Below are positions 40,346-49,390 of a stretch of 64,000 nucleotides of DNA, one piece after another (the first letter of the stretch is position 1; the number at the start of each line of letters is the position of its first letter). The position numbers were made by a program, and so were the translations under genes. The notes under the pieces were generated by a model. The model did no database searches and was not told where the DNA came from. It worked only from the letters and a program-made list of their open reading frames with translations. The stretch spans positions 14,860 to 78,859 of the forward strand of contig DYLU01000005.1 in the NCBI GenBank assembly GCA_020721905.1, in the 5' to 3' direction. The stretch is from Leptospira biflexa (lineage in GTDB: Bacteria > Spirochaetota > UBA4802 > UB4802).

Positions 40346-40425
40346 TGTTTCCTCCAGTGTGTTTAATTCCTACATACACAATTCTTTTAAAAGTACTTAC
40401 CATATTAATAATACAAAACATTACA

Positions 40426-40962
40426 CTAATTTACAACAAATTCTCTGAAATAGACCTCTTTGACCTTGCCTTTCAAAAGCAGGACATTAATATGTGCTTT
40501 GATCTCTTCGGCTAAATTAACCGTATCGTCAACAGAATTCAGATCTTCATATGACTTATCACGTAAAAGAATGTTAACCACGTGCTGCATCTGAGGAGTA
40601 CGCTGAACCAGTTCAGCATTCAGTTCTACATTTTCTTCATATCCTAAAGAAATTGTAATCTTTGCAAAATGCGGTTCCGGATCATTGGTTGTTATAGAAA
40701 AGGACGGTATATCAAAATGAGCCAATGGCGGTGGAGGAGGAGCAAGAACTATATCCTGTTCTCGCTGATAACGCTGCTCCTGAACATATTTAGCAACAAG
40801 ATATGAAATTCCAATAATAATAAAAAGTGCCAGTATAGCACCAGCTATATATAGCAGGATCTTTATAATACGTGAAGTTTCAAAAGCACCCGCAGCCTTG
40901 GCCTCTTCCGGCTTTTCCTGTTCCTCTATTTCCTCAACATTGACCCGTTCTTCATCACCCAT
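40426..40962 (-). CDS. fliL: flagellar basal-body-associated protein FliL
   Basis: Single TM (ILLYIAGAILALFIIIGISYLVA) followed by a FliL-type domain (FAKITISLGYEENVELNAELVQRTPQMQHVVNILL...). It lies downstream of motB. Confidence 0.8.
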   Translation of the reverse strand: MGDEERVNVEEIEEQEKPEEAKAAGAFETSRIIKILLYIAGAILALFIIIGISYLVAKYVQEQRYQREQDIVLAPPPPPLAHFDIPSFSITTNDPEPHFAKITISLGYEENVELNAELVQRTPQMQHVVNILLRDKSYEDLNSVDDTVNLAEEIKAHINVLLLKGKVKEVYFREFVVN

Positions 40963-41000
40963 GCATTATACCTCACCAACAATTTACAATTTCATTTAGT

Positions 41001-41009
41001 ATTATATCA
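41001..41009 (-). promoter_or_regulatory. candidate extended -10 element (TGaTATAAT) upstream of fliL
   Basis: The minus strand reads TTGATATAAT, 38 nt upstream of the fliL ATG, inside an unusually long (200 bp) gap in the operon. AT-rich background makes chance matches likely. Confidence 0.3.
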
Positions 41010-41162
41010 ATAAAAACTGTACACACATTGTTGGTTAATTGTTATACTAAATTTATCGACATAATACTATATTAATTAAAAAAGTCAATTAATTTATGAT
41101 TATGTCACTAAAATGTATCAATTTTTTTCAATATTTTGCACCTCTCCATGTACATATCTTTA

Positions 41163-41942
41163 TCAACGCCATTCCTCATCAGGCAAAGGCCTTACAATCC
41201 CGGGTGTTGTAGATTCAACAACACCTTTATCCCTGAGTATTACTATTTCAACCCTTCGGTTATAGGCTCTGCCTTCGGGCGTATTATTATCATCTATGGG
41301 CCTGTATTCACCAAAAGCAACTGCTGACATCTGCTTGGGATTTACACCTGTTTCCTCTATGAGATATCTCAACACATTAACCGCTCGTGCAGAAGAAAGC
41401 TCCCAGTTGGTAGCATACCCTTCTTCAAGACCTCGTGGCGGAACCGGCCTGTTGTCAGTATGTCCTTCTATCCTTACATAGTTTGGCATTGACTTTATAA
41501 TCAGGGCAACCTTCTTCAAGACTGGTATAATATCATCCTTAAGCTTTGCACTCCCCGGTTCAAAATAGGCATCACTGGATAATGTAATAACCAGGCCTCT
41601 TTCGTCTTCGCGCACTCTTACTTTTTTAGCCTGAATTTCCGGCTTAAAAGCCTCAACTGCCCGTTTCAGCATCTTAGCAAGAGCCCTCCCTTGCTCACTG
41701 GAAGGTAAATTTAACATATTAAGACCTATCTCTTCCATCCTGCCTCGTGCCAGTGAATATCCGCCCTGCATCATCCCCAATGAACCTTTAAATGAAGACA
41801 AAACAAGATTAAAATCCTGCCCTATAATAGGGGAAATATCAAACATCATGACAAAAAACGTCAAAAGCAATGTGTTTAAATCGCCCCAGCTTGTAAGCCA
41901 TGGTGGCGGTGGCGGGAGTTCCATTTTTTTTCTTTTTGCCAT
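41163..41942 (-). CDS. motB: flagellar stator protein MotB
   Basis: N-terminal TM carrying the conserved Asp (WGDLNTLLLTFFVMMF) and a C-terminal OmpA-like domain (IEGHTDNRP...NWELSSARAVNVLRYL...NRRVEIVI). Confidence 0.9.
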   Translation of the reverse strand: MAKRKKMELPPPPPWLTSWGDLNTLLLTFFVMMFDISPIIGQDFNLVLSSFKGSLGMMQGGYSLARGRMEEIGLNMLNLPSSEQGRALAKMLKRAVEAFKPEIQAKKVRVREDERGLVITLSSDAYFEPGSAKLKDDIIPVLKKVALIIKSMPNYVRIEGHTDNRPVPPRGLEEGYATNWELSSARAVNVLRYLIEETGVNPKQMSAVAFGEYRPIDDNNTPEGRAYNRRVEIVILRDKGVVESTTPGIVRPLPDEEWR

Positions 41943-42721
41943 CAGTCGCCTACCTCACTGGTAATGGCTTCACGCAATCTTGGATCAAGGAATGATACCA
42001 ATTTATCCTTAACAATTCGCGGGTTATCCCCTGACTGTATTGACAACGTCCCTTCTATCATAATAAGTTTCATTAATACTTCCTGGTTGTTAAGAAAACC
42101 TAATTTAGATGATATTGGATAGAGTACCAGATATGCCATGATAGCACCATAGAATGTGGTAATAAGAGCAGCAGACATACCAGGCCCAATAGCCGATTTA
42201 TCTTCTATATTGACAAGCATAAGGACCAATCCCAGAAGGGTTCCAATCATACCAAAAGCAGGTGCGTATGTTGCCCAGTCGTCAAAAAGTTTTTTCCCTT
42301 CATCATGACGTGCCTGAATGTTTTCAAGCTCCGTTTCCATAATGCGGCGCACCAGTTCAGGGTCAGTACCGTCAACAACAAGCTGTATCCCTTTACGCAA
42401 AAACTGGTCATCCAGTTCATCCAGATCATCCTCCAGTGCAAGCAAGCCTTCACGGCGAGCTTTCTCAGAAAATGAAACAAGTGTTATTATGAGTTCATTG
42501 GGATTATATTTTGGCGGGAAAAATGCATGTTTGGCAACCTTCCATATTCCCAGTACCTTGTTTAACGGATTGGATATTAACAACGCACAAAAAGAACCCC
42601 CTACCGTAATAAATACTGATGGTATATCCCAAAAAAGTAACGGATTGCCTTTGGCAAAAATTATTCCCATTATAAGATTAGTAAAACCAGCAATTAAACC
42701 TATGACGGTAGCAAGATCCAT
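41942..42721 (-). CDS. motA: flagellar stator protein MotA
   Basis: Four-TM MotA/ExbB-type protein (YAPAFGMIGTLLGLV, ALITTFYGAIMAYLVLYPI). Its TGA stop overlaps the motB ATG by 1 nt. Confidence 0.92.
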   Translation of the reverse strand: MDLATVIGLIAGFTNLIMGIIFAKGNPLLFWDIPSVFITVGGSFCALLISNPLNKVLGIWKVAKHAFFPPKYNPNELIITLVSFSEKARREGLLALEDDLDELDDQFLRKGIQLVVDGTDPELVRRIMETELENIQARHDEGKKLFDDWATYAPAFGMIGTLLGLVLMLVNIEDKSAIGPGMSAALITTFYGAIMAYLVLYPISSKLGFLNNQEVLMKLIMIEGTLSIQSGDNPRIVKDKLVSFLDPRLREAITSEVGD

Positions 42722-42875
42722 ATGATATTACCCCTCCTCAGTAGCCATTCAAATTACACATGTATTCTTATTAACAATTTTCGGTTAAAATTTTAAAATT
42801 ATTCATCAATTATTATATTATTTATACCTGATATTTTACCAGGTACTATCGCTAAAGCTATCAATTTTTTTGTAA

Positions 42876-43067
42876 TTATTGTAATCCAGTCAGCACCTTA
42901 TGATAATATTCATAAATACGGGATAACACCTCATCTTTTGACTCTTTAACCAGATATTTTTTTTCATTTGTCAGAGTTATGGTTGTATCAGGCCTGGACT
43001 CTATGGTTTCAATATGATTTGCGTTAAGAATAAATTCCTCGCCATTCATTTTATGCAATATTATCAT
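42876..43067 (-). CDS. flbD: flagellar protein FlbD
   Basis: MIILHKMNGEEFILNANHIETIESRPDTTITLTNEKKYLVKES..EV is the classic FlbD sequence pattern, directly upstream of motA. Confidence 0.85.
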   Translation of the reverse strand: MIILHKMNGEEFILNANHIETIESRPDTTITLTNEKKYLVKESKDEVLSRIYEYYHKVLTGLQ

Positions 43068-43975
43068 GTTTTGCCTCTTTTCTTTATTCGTTTTTCAGGA
43101 TACAGTATACTCATGACTTTACTCATGGATATTTTAGTGACTTTACGCTCACTGCAACCGGGAATACTGCAATCAAATATTGGTACCGTAACGTTTGTAA
43201 AAAGGTTTTCCAGCCACTGTCTGGCAGCCAGAAACTGATGATCTGTATAATATATCGACTCTCTTCGTTTGACCATATACATTTTCTTTCTATGGATCAT
43301 GGCATAATCATTTGAATTGGCTGTTGCAAATCTATTGTAATTCATGATAAAGCGCTGACATACCACCGTATGCTGTGCATAATAAGTGTCCTTAAATGCC
43401 AGGTCATTACCTGCCATTGTTAGTGAAGCAATGGAACACCCTAACGCCAGTGATATTGCCTGTGTTGTCACAATACTTGCCGTGGCCACATAGCCCAAAT
43501 GCTCCCCTGCAAGCTTCCATAATGCATCAAAAGGGCTTTTGTATATCATCCAGTTGTAAAAGCTGATTTTCCCCTTCCAGGCGGCCAATGTATGTGAGCT
43601 TACGCCACTGAACGCTAGCAGATGGCACGATGAAGTGGGTAAAAATGCATAGTATGAAACCGGCATGGCTTCGCATGATATAGAAAAATGTGGCTGAATC
43701 CCGGCCAGCACTAACGGCCTGTACGCCATATCGGTAGCTATAATGGCAAGGTCTTTTCTGTATTGATATTTTTTCAATACTTTAAGAGCATCGTTTAAAC
43801 TCCTGCCTGCACCACATACAATAACATGCCTGCCACTTAAAAGCCCAACCACCTTCTGCAACCCACCCCATTTTTCTATCAATACTTTATTCCTGGTTAT
43901 ATTACGCTTTATTATTGCATACCGTTCCTGCAATAAACCCTGATTTAATGCCTGATAAAGGCTTTCAGTATTCAT
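43064..43975 (-). CDS. DUF115 / motility-associated-factor (Maf)-like protein
   Basis: HVIVCGAGRSLNDAL...LAIIATD and IVTTQAISLALGCSIASLTMAGNDLAF resemble the DUF115 (MptE-like) core. ATGA overlap with flbD. Confidence 0.5.
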   Translation of the reverse strand: MNTESLYQALNQGLLQERYAIIKRNITRNKVLIEKWGGLQKVVGLLSGRHVIVCGAGRSLNDALKVLKKYQYRKDLAIIATDMAYRPLVLAGIQPHFSISCEAMPVSYYAFLPTSSCHLLAFSGVSSHTLAAWKGKISFYNWMIYKSPFDALWKLAGEHLGYVATASIVTTQAISLALGCSIASLTMAGNDLAFKDTYYAQHTVVCQRFIMNYNRFATANSNDYAMIHRKKMYMVKRRESIYYTDHQFLAARQWLENLFTNVTVPIFDCSIPGCSERKVTKISMSKVMSILYPEKRIKKRGKT

Positions 43976-44008
43976 AATAATGGAAACCTGACCGGTTAAA
44001 ATTGCATG

Positions 44009-46885
44009 CTACTGTATCACCTGACGTATGATACTATGCTGTTTAAGTGCCCCTTCCATGACTGTCGCTATGCCACAATATACCTGTAGCTCGCCAAAAT
44101 TGCCATAGCCTTTAACAACACCAGCAAAACCTTCAATATCAGCCCAATAACCAGCAGTGATACGAATATTAAGTTGGGTGCCAATACTATATTTAAAATC
44201 GTCAAAAGATGTTGAATCTATCCATATATTGCCATACTCAACAAACGGTGTCAACCATATATCTCTGAACATTAGCGGCAGCATTCTATAGCCAATATCT
44301 TTCTGAAATAATGGAATGCGATACTCAACAATACCTACAGCCAGCCTGTTACCATAAAACATGTCTTTGGCAAAACCTCGCATGCTGTAAGCATCCTCAT
44401 CTTCCGGTATGCCCTGACTTTTTCCTTTTGCGTAACGCCCTATATTATACGAATACAGATAGTTCGGCGCATTGTGTGCAAAACCGCCTTTTAGCATAAA
44501 CGTTAACACATCGTTACCAAAGCCACGGAAAAAATAATACAAGCCGCCACGCACCTTGGAATATGATATATCTGAAGAAAGTGATGAATTGTAGATATCC
44601 GCATAGGTTTCAAAAACCATGCCATCCTCAGGGCTTACTGAAAAGCTTCCCATGTACGTTCCATCATGTAAAAACGCTACATGCAAGCCCGCAAGAATCA
44701 TATCATGGGTAAAAACAGCATTATTATAATATTCACTAACCATTGTTTTTTCATAGGTATAATACAAAAGCAGCTGATTATAATTATAAAATTTCTGAAA
44801 GGGAACTGAAATACCTGACGAAATCGTACGCTTCAGTGTTCTTTTCATATAGGCAACAGTATCAGGCGGCTCCCACGGGAACCAATCATCAAAAATTATC
44901 CCTTCATCGTTATATGAAGCAAACACATCAGGATACAAACCCGAATAAATATAATCAAGGGCAAGTGTCATCCTCTTCTGCATCAATGCGCAATCCAGCC
45001 CTAACGCATAACTGTGCCGGTACAGGGTATCATTACCCGACGTATTAAAACCAATATGATTATCATATTTGTTTGGGTATAATTCTTCACTATATAAAAA
45101 TGGCGCCCACCATGGTCCAATCACTGAATAGAGCGGATTATACGGCTGGTGTAAAATTTCTTTTTGTTCTTCATCCTGCTGTATGGTAAAGGGTATGGGC
45201 GATAGTTCCTGTGAATGGCCTGTTGCATAGGGCATCAGTGCAATGTTATATCCATTGGCTTCGTATGAAGAAAAAACTATAGTTGTACCATCACTGCTTA
45301 TATCCGGGAAAAACGCTCCACCAATGACATTGCTTATACGTGAAATCTTTTTACTGGCAAGGTTTATTTCATACAGATTAAATACACCATCCCTGTCAGA
45401 AGAGAATATGACTTTCTGCCCGTCAGGATGAAATGCTGGATGAATATCTGCAAAGGAATCATTGGTCAGAAGAAGCATATTTTCTGTTATAAAATCATAC
45501 AGTGCTATATCACTGAAGCCATTATGCACAATACTGAAAACTGCCTTAGAGCTATAGCCTGAAACCCGCAAATATGAAATCTGAAAAGGCGTATTGTGTA
45601 TAAAATACTTCTGTATGGTAAAAGCAGCATCAAGCTGTACCAGCGAATATTTTCCTTTATTATACAGTATTGCGATATAGCCAGATTTGAACGGTTCTAT
45701 ATAGTGAACGCGCAAACCTTTTGTTTTTTGTGAATACCTGTTATCGTAAATAAATACATCGCTGAACAAATCAAATGACCGATAATACTGTATATCACTC
45801 ACAATGATAGTATTATTATTTACGCTTATACTATTAGGATTGTTAACGTATGCCAGACGTGAAAACGTTTTTTTATGTGTATCATATTTTATCAATGATG
45901 GTTTTTCTTTATTTGTCATGGCAACAAAAACAATGTCATCATTATAAAATCGTGGGAAACTGGTGTAAAAGCCTGTACTGGTTAACATGGTATAGTAAGA
46001 AACACCACGCTTTTTGATTTCTGCAATCTGGTCATTCAGGTCATTTATCAATTCCTTCTGCCATATATGCCACAAAGCTATCGTCTGTGCTCCATACACA
46101 TCATTAAAATTCTTTTCTATAAGAAATGGCAGTATATTATCCGCATTTGCTTTAAATATTTCCTGAAAATCTTTTTCTGGATAATTTTGTGTACAAAATT
46201 CTACAAAAAGACCACCATATAAGTATGGAACCATCCCTGCAGGCCATTCCCGCGGGTAATTACTTGCCAGGGACATGTCTTTAAGGTTTTTTGAATATAC
46301 TTCCTGACGTAAAACCATCAATGTATAATTTGAATTAAGCCTGCCCCACGGCTTGTCCTTAGATTCCTGCAATACCGGATATCCTTCAACTGCCCATACC
46401 GGCATAAGTATATTTGGAAAACACACCCTTCCCAGGGTATACCGTGTAGCTTCCGGAATGCCACCAATCATATCCAGGGTAAGGGTATGCGTATATTCAT
46501 GAGTAAAGACCATACGCAGCCAATCATCAGTATTGGATAAGCCTGCATCCTCAACATGCGGCATTACCACAAAAAGCTGTACCCTGTTATACGGAAACGG
46601 CGTGGAAAATCCATTTGCCATGTCAGTGGTATCGCACAATACTACATCAGTCCGGAAAAAAGGCTGCCAGCTGATATTTTTTGTAAGTTTTTCATGAACT
46701 TCTTCGGCAATAGTGGCCAGGCGCAATGCATCCTGCTCTAATCCATCATGATAATGTATCCAGAAATGCTCTGTTTTAATAGAATACCAGTTATATCGCG
46801 GGTGAAACATACTTGCAGCATGTACTCTATATGCATATAAAAAGGTAATCAGGAAAATATACATCCATACTAAACGTTTTGACAT
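44009..46885 (-). CDS. large secreted mosaic protein: HExxH metallopeptidase-like region + TolB-like beta-propeller repeats + C-terminal Omp85-like beta-barrel
   Basis: Signal peptide from the ATG at 46885 (MSKRLVWMYIFLITFLYAYRVHAAS; AAGGTGG upstream). FTHEYTHTL (HExxH). WD40-like TolB repeats (FHPDGQKVIFSSDRDGVFNLYEINL; ISSDGTTIVFSSYEANGYNIAL). The C-terminus has an Omp85/D15-like pattern (EYRIPLF...FVEYGNIW...SIGTQLNIRI). The ORF is open to 46972. Confidence 0.6.
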   Translation of the reverse strand: MSKRLVWMYIFLITFLYAYRVHAASMFHPRYNWYSIKTEHFWIHYHDGLEQDALRLATIAEEVHEKLTKNISWQPFFRTDVVLCDTTDMANGFSTPFPYNRVQLFVVMPHVEDAGLSNTDDWLRMVFTHEYTHTLTLDMIGGIPEATRYTLGRVCFPNILMPVWAVEGYPVLQESKDKPWGRLNSNYTLMVLRQEVYSKNLKDMSLASNYPREWPAGMVPYLYGGLFVEFCTQNYPEKDFQEIFKANADNILPFLIEKNFNDVYGAQTIALWHIWQKELINDLNDQIAEIKKRGVSYYTMLTSTGFYTSFPRFYNDDIVFVAMTNKEKPSLIKYDTHKKTFSRLAYVNNPNSISVNNNTIIVSDIQYYRSFDLFSDVFIYDNRYSQKTKGLRVHYIEPFKSGYIAILYNKGKYSLVQLDAAFTIQKYFIHNTPFQISYLRVSGYSSKAVFSIVHNGFSDIALYDFITENMLLLTNDSFADIHPAFHPDGQKVIFSSDRDGVFNLYEINLASKKISRISNVIGGAFFPDISSDGTTIVFSSYEANGYNIALMPYATGHSQELSPIPFTIQQDEEQKEILHQPYNPLYSVIGPWWAPFLYSEELYPNKYDNHIGFNTSGNDTLYRHSYALGLDCALMQKRMTLALDYIYSGLYPDVFASYNDEGIIFDDWFPWEPPDTVAYMKRTLKRTISSGISVPFQKFYNYNQLLLYYTYEKTMVSEYYNNAVFTHDMILAGLHVAFLHDGTYMGSFSVSPEDGMVFETYADIYNSSLSSDISYSKVRGGLYYFFRGFGNDVLTFMLKGGFAHNAPNYLYSYNIGRYAKGKSQGIPEDEDAYSMRGFAKDMFYGNRLAVGIVEYRIPLFQKDIGYRMLPLMFRDIWLTPFVEYGNIWIDSTSFDDFKYSIGTQLNIRITAGYWADIEGFAGVVKGYGNFGELQVYCGIATVMEGALKQHSIIRQVIQ

Positions 46886-47086
46886 ATAGTGCCACCTTGA
46901 AGCTACTATGCTATACCGCTGATCAAGATTTGTAACGGCTTGATACAATACTATACTATCTGGACAAATCAAGACTTTTTTAAATGTTTGTTGCCATAAT
47001 ATAGCAAAAGTTCTTTACCTGTGTATTTTATACCATGATAATGGTGTGGAGGTATATAGGAAATGAAATGTATACACATAAATATA

Positions 47087-47116
47087 TTGACAATCTGATT
47101 GTTATTATGATATGTT
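47087..47116 (+). promoter_or_regulatory. candidate sigma-70-type promoter for the Nudix gene
   Basis: TTGACA (47087-47092), an 18-nt spacer containing TGn, then TATGTT (47111-47116), 20 nt upstream of the ATG at 47136. The predicted start would fall very close to the GAGGA ribosome-binding site, so this is marginal. Confidence 0.3.
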
Positions 47117-47135
47117 TTGATGAGGATAATAGCAT

Positions 47136-47705
47136 ATGCATAAGTGGCACATAGAAAAACGCGACACTGTTAACAAACAAAGGATTTTTTCAATTGAAAA
47201 ACTTTTGTGCTATCACCCTGCAAAAAAAGTTAATCACGACTTTTACGTTCTCAATAATCCTGACTGGGTTAATATTGTTACTATTGACACAGACGGCAAT
47301 ATGGTCCTTGTTAAACAGCACCGATTGGGTACTGATGAATATACCATAGAAACAGTAGCCGGCCTTATTGACCCTGGCGAAGAGCCAGCTTCATCCGCAC
47401 ATCGCGAATTACTGGAAGAAACAGGCTACAGAGCACAGGAAATGATACTGCTCAAAAAGCTGGCAGCCAATCCTGCTATTATGAATAATTATATCTATTT
47501 TTACTGTGCATTGAATGCACAAAAGGTTCAGGAACAATCGTTAGATCTGGCAGAGGATATTGAAATTTTGATATTAACACCACAGCAAGTATTACAGTAT
47601 ATCCAGAATGGGGCTATTAATCATTCTGTTATAATCACAGCACTGCTGCTTTACTTTTTGTCACCCTATGCAACAGTTCCAAAAGACAAAATATTACTGT
47701 ATTGA
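47136..47705 (+). CDS. Nudix hydrolase (ADP-ribose pyrophosphatase-like)
   Basis: Nudix box GLIDPGEEPASSAHRELLEETG. Confidence 0.85.
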   Translation: MHKWHIEKRDTVNKQRIFSIEKLLCYHPAKKVNHDFYVLNNPDWVNIVTIDTDGNMVLVKQHRLGTDEYTIETVAGLIDPGEEPASSAHRELLEETGYRAQEMILLKKLAANPAIMNNYIYFYCALNAQKVQEQSLDLAEDIEILILTPQQVLQYIQNGAINHSVIITALLLYFLSPYATVPKDKILLY

Positions 47706-47714
47706 TACATTCTA

Positions 47715-48131
47715 ATGATAACCTGTAAATCAATTTTAGTATCATTATTTCTATTACTGCAAAGCACTGCACCGGATTTTTCTATTACTCTTTCATATCA
47801 CCCGGCACCATTTTACTATCAGGAGTGGCACATTACCATAGCCAGGATTGGACAACAAGCATACATTGAGACCACGAGTCCTCAGTATATAAGGAAAAGA
47901 CGTTCAATCCCGATTGATGAATATTCATCGCTTGTGGAAAAAATTGTTTCATCAGGGATATGGAATTGCAAAGACTGCTACTTACATGGGAATTATTATA
48001 TGCTGAAGATTGCTAAGGGTAACTATCGCCACCAATGCAAGATTGAGTATACACCAGAAAAAACCTTTTGCACTAATGCCGCTCAGATTATACGATTAAT
48101 AATTAATACCGCCAATAATTATTTACAGTAA
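47715..48131 (+). CDS. hypothetical secreted protein
   Basis: ORF starts 10 nt after the Nudix stop and has a signal-like N-terminus (ILVSLFLLLQSTAP). No family recognised. Confidence 0.45.
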   Translation: MITCKSILVSLFLLLQSTAPDFSITLSYHPAPFYYQEWHITIARIGQQAYIETTSPQYIRKRRSIPIDEYSSLVEKIVSSGIWNCKDCYLHGNYYMLKIAKGNYRHQCKIEYTPEKTFCTNAAQIIRLIINTANNYLQ

Positions 48132-48275
48132 AAGACAGGATTGGTATAGCATCTAATGGTGAAAAAAATAAAAATTTCATTTGACAAAGAAAAGCATACA
48201 ATAATAAACTTATTTCATGCTATGGAATAGCATTTGCTCACAAAAAACAAGAATAATAATCTAAAAGGAGGTTAT

Positions 48276-49313
48276 ATGAGAATAAAATATGTTATATGGT
48301 TATTACCCTTAGTATTAGTATTTTCTTCTTTAACGTTTTCACAGCAAACCACACAGGAAAATGTGGTCCAGCCTGATGTACAAAGTCCTGCATCACCTGA
48401 AGTAAAAAAAGAAGAGATAGCAACAGCTGCACTCAAGGCTGCATCATTCACTAACAGCGTGAGCACCTTTGTAAATTCAAAGGTTAAATTTGAACTGGTT
48501 TCTAAAGACAATGTTGCAACGGATAAAATACTGTATAAACTTGATGCGGGTAATGAGCTGGAATATAAAGAGCCTTTTGCTATTTATGAAGAAGGCAAAC
48601 ATGTTATCAGCTATTATGCTGTTGATAAAGTTGGGAATAAAGAAGACTCAAAAGCTTTCAAGGTAGTTGTTGATAACACTCCTCCTGTTATTAATGTTTC
48701 TGTATCGGCACCTGTTATAAAATCAGGCACAAAATTATATGCTTCAAAAAATTTTACTTTTGTTATTGAAGCAAAAGATGCATTGTCAGGAGTGCAGTCA
48801 GTGGAATACAGCATAGACAAAAACAATTATCAGCCCTATTTGACACCTTTTACCATACCAGTTGAGGGGGATATAAACTTAAGCATTAAAGCTATGGATA
48901 ATGTAACCAATTATACTGAGAAATATACAATGATTGCAAAAGATGAAAATGGCAACCCCATCAACTTAACGGATGGCAACGTATCGATATTTGTTGACAA
49001 CAAAGCACCTGTTGTTGAAATTAAGCCCGATAAAGAACTGCTTGATAAAAATGGCAGAAAAGTTGCAACAGCTGATTACAGCTATACCATTTCAGCAAGC
49101 GATGCTGAATCAGGATTATCCTCTATTCTTTTCCGATTGGATGGCAAAGGCGAGTTTAACGCATATACCGGAGCCATAAAGTTTGATAGCAACGGCGAGC
49201 ACATGATTGAGGCAAAAGCAGTGGATAAAGTTGGGAACATGTCACCTGTTGCTGTATTATCAGTATTTGTTGACATCATTGCACCTGACACAACAATTAA
49301 AGCTATTGAATAA
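48276..49313 (+). CDS. secreted protein built of three tandem Ig-like / OmpL47-type repeat domains
   Basis: AAAGGAGG precedes the ATG at 48276, with signal peptide MRIKYVIWLLPLVLVFSSLTFSQQ. There are three repeats with a Y.LD......Y..PF.I..EG.H.I...A.DKVGN...VVD...P pattern (YKLDAGNELEY..., YSIDKNNYQPY..., FRLDGKGEFNAY...). Confidence 0.6.
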   Translation: MRIKYVIWLLPLVLVFSSLTFSQQTTQENVVQPDVQSPASPEVKKEEIATAALKAASFTNSVSTFVNSKVKFELVSKDNVATDKILYKLDAGNELEYKEPFAIYEEGKHVISYYAVDKVGNKEDSKAFKVVVDNTPPVINVSVSAPVIKSGTKLYASKNFTFVIEAKDALSGVQSVEYSIDKNNYQPYLTPFTIPVEGDINLSIKAMDNVTNYTEKYTMIAKDENGNPINLTDGNVSIFVDNKAPVVEIKPDKELLDKNGRKVATADYSYTISASDAESGLSSILFRLDGKGEFNAYTGAIKFDSNGEHMIEAKAVDKVGNMSPVAVLSVFVDIIAPDTTIKAIE

Positions 49314-49326
49314 ATTAGTACGCTTT

Positions 49327-49359
49327 ACCAGCACTGTAATAAATGCTTACAGTGCTGGT
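49327..49359 (+). terminator. strong hairpin after the repeat-protein gene (candidate terminator)
   Basis: Perfect 13-bp stem ACCAGCACTGTAA / TTACAGTGCTGGT with a 7-nt loop, 14 nt after the stop. The downstream sequence is AT-rich, but there is no clean T-tract. Confidence 0.5.
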
Positions 49360-49390
49360 ACTATCATAATTTAATTAAAGAATATCCATT

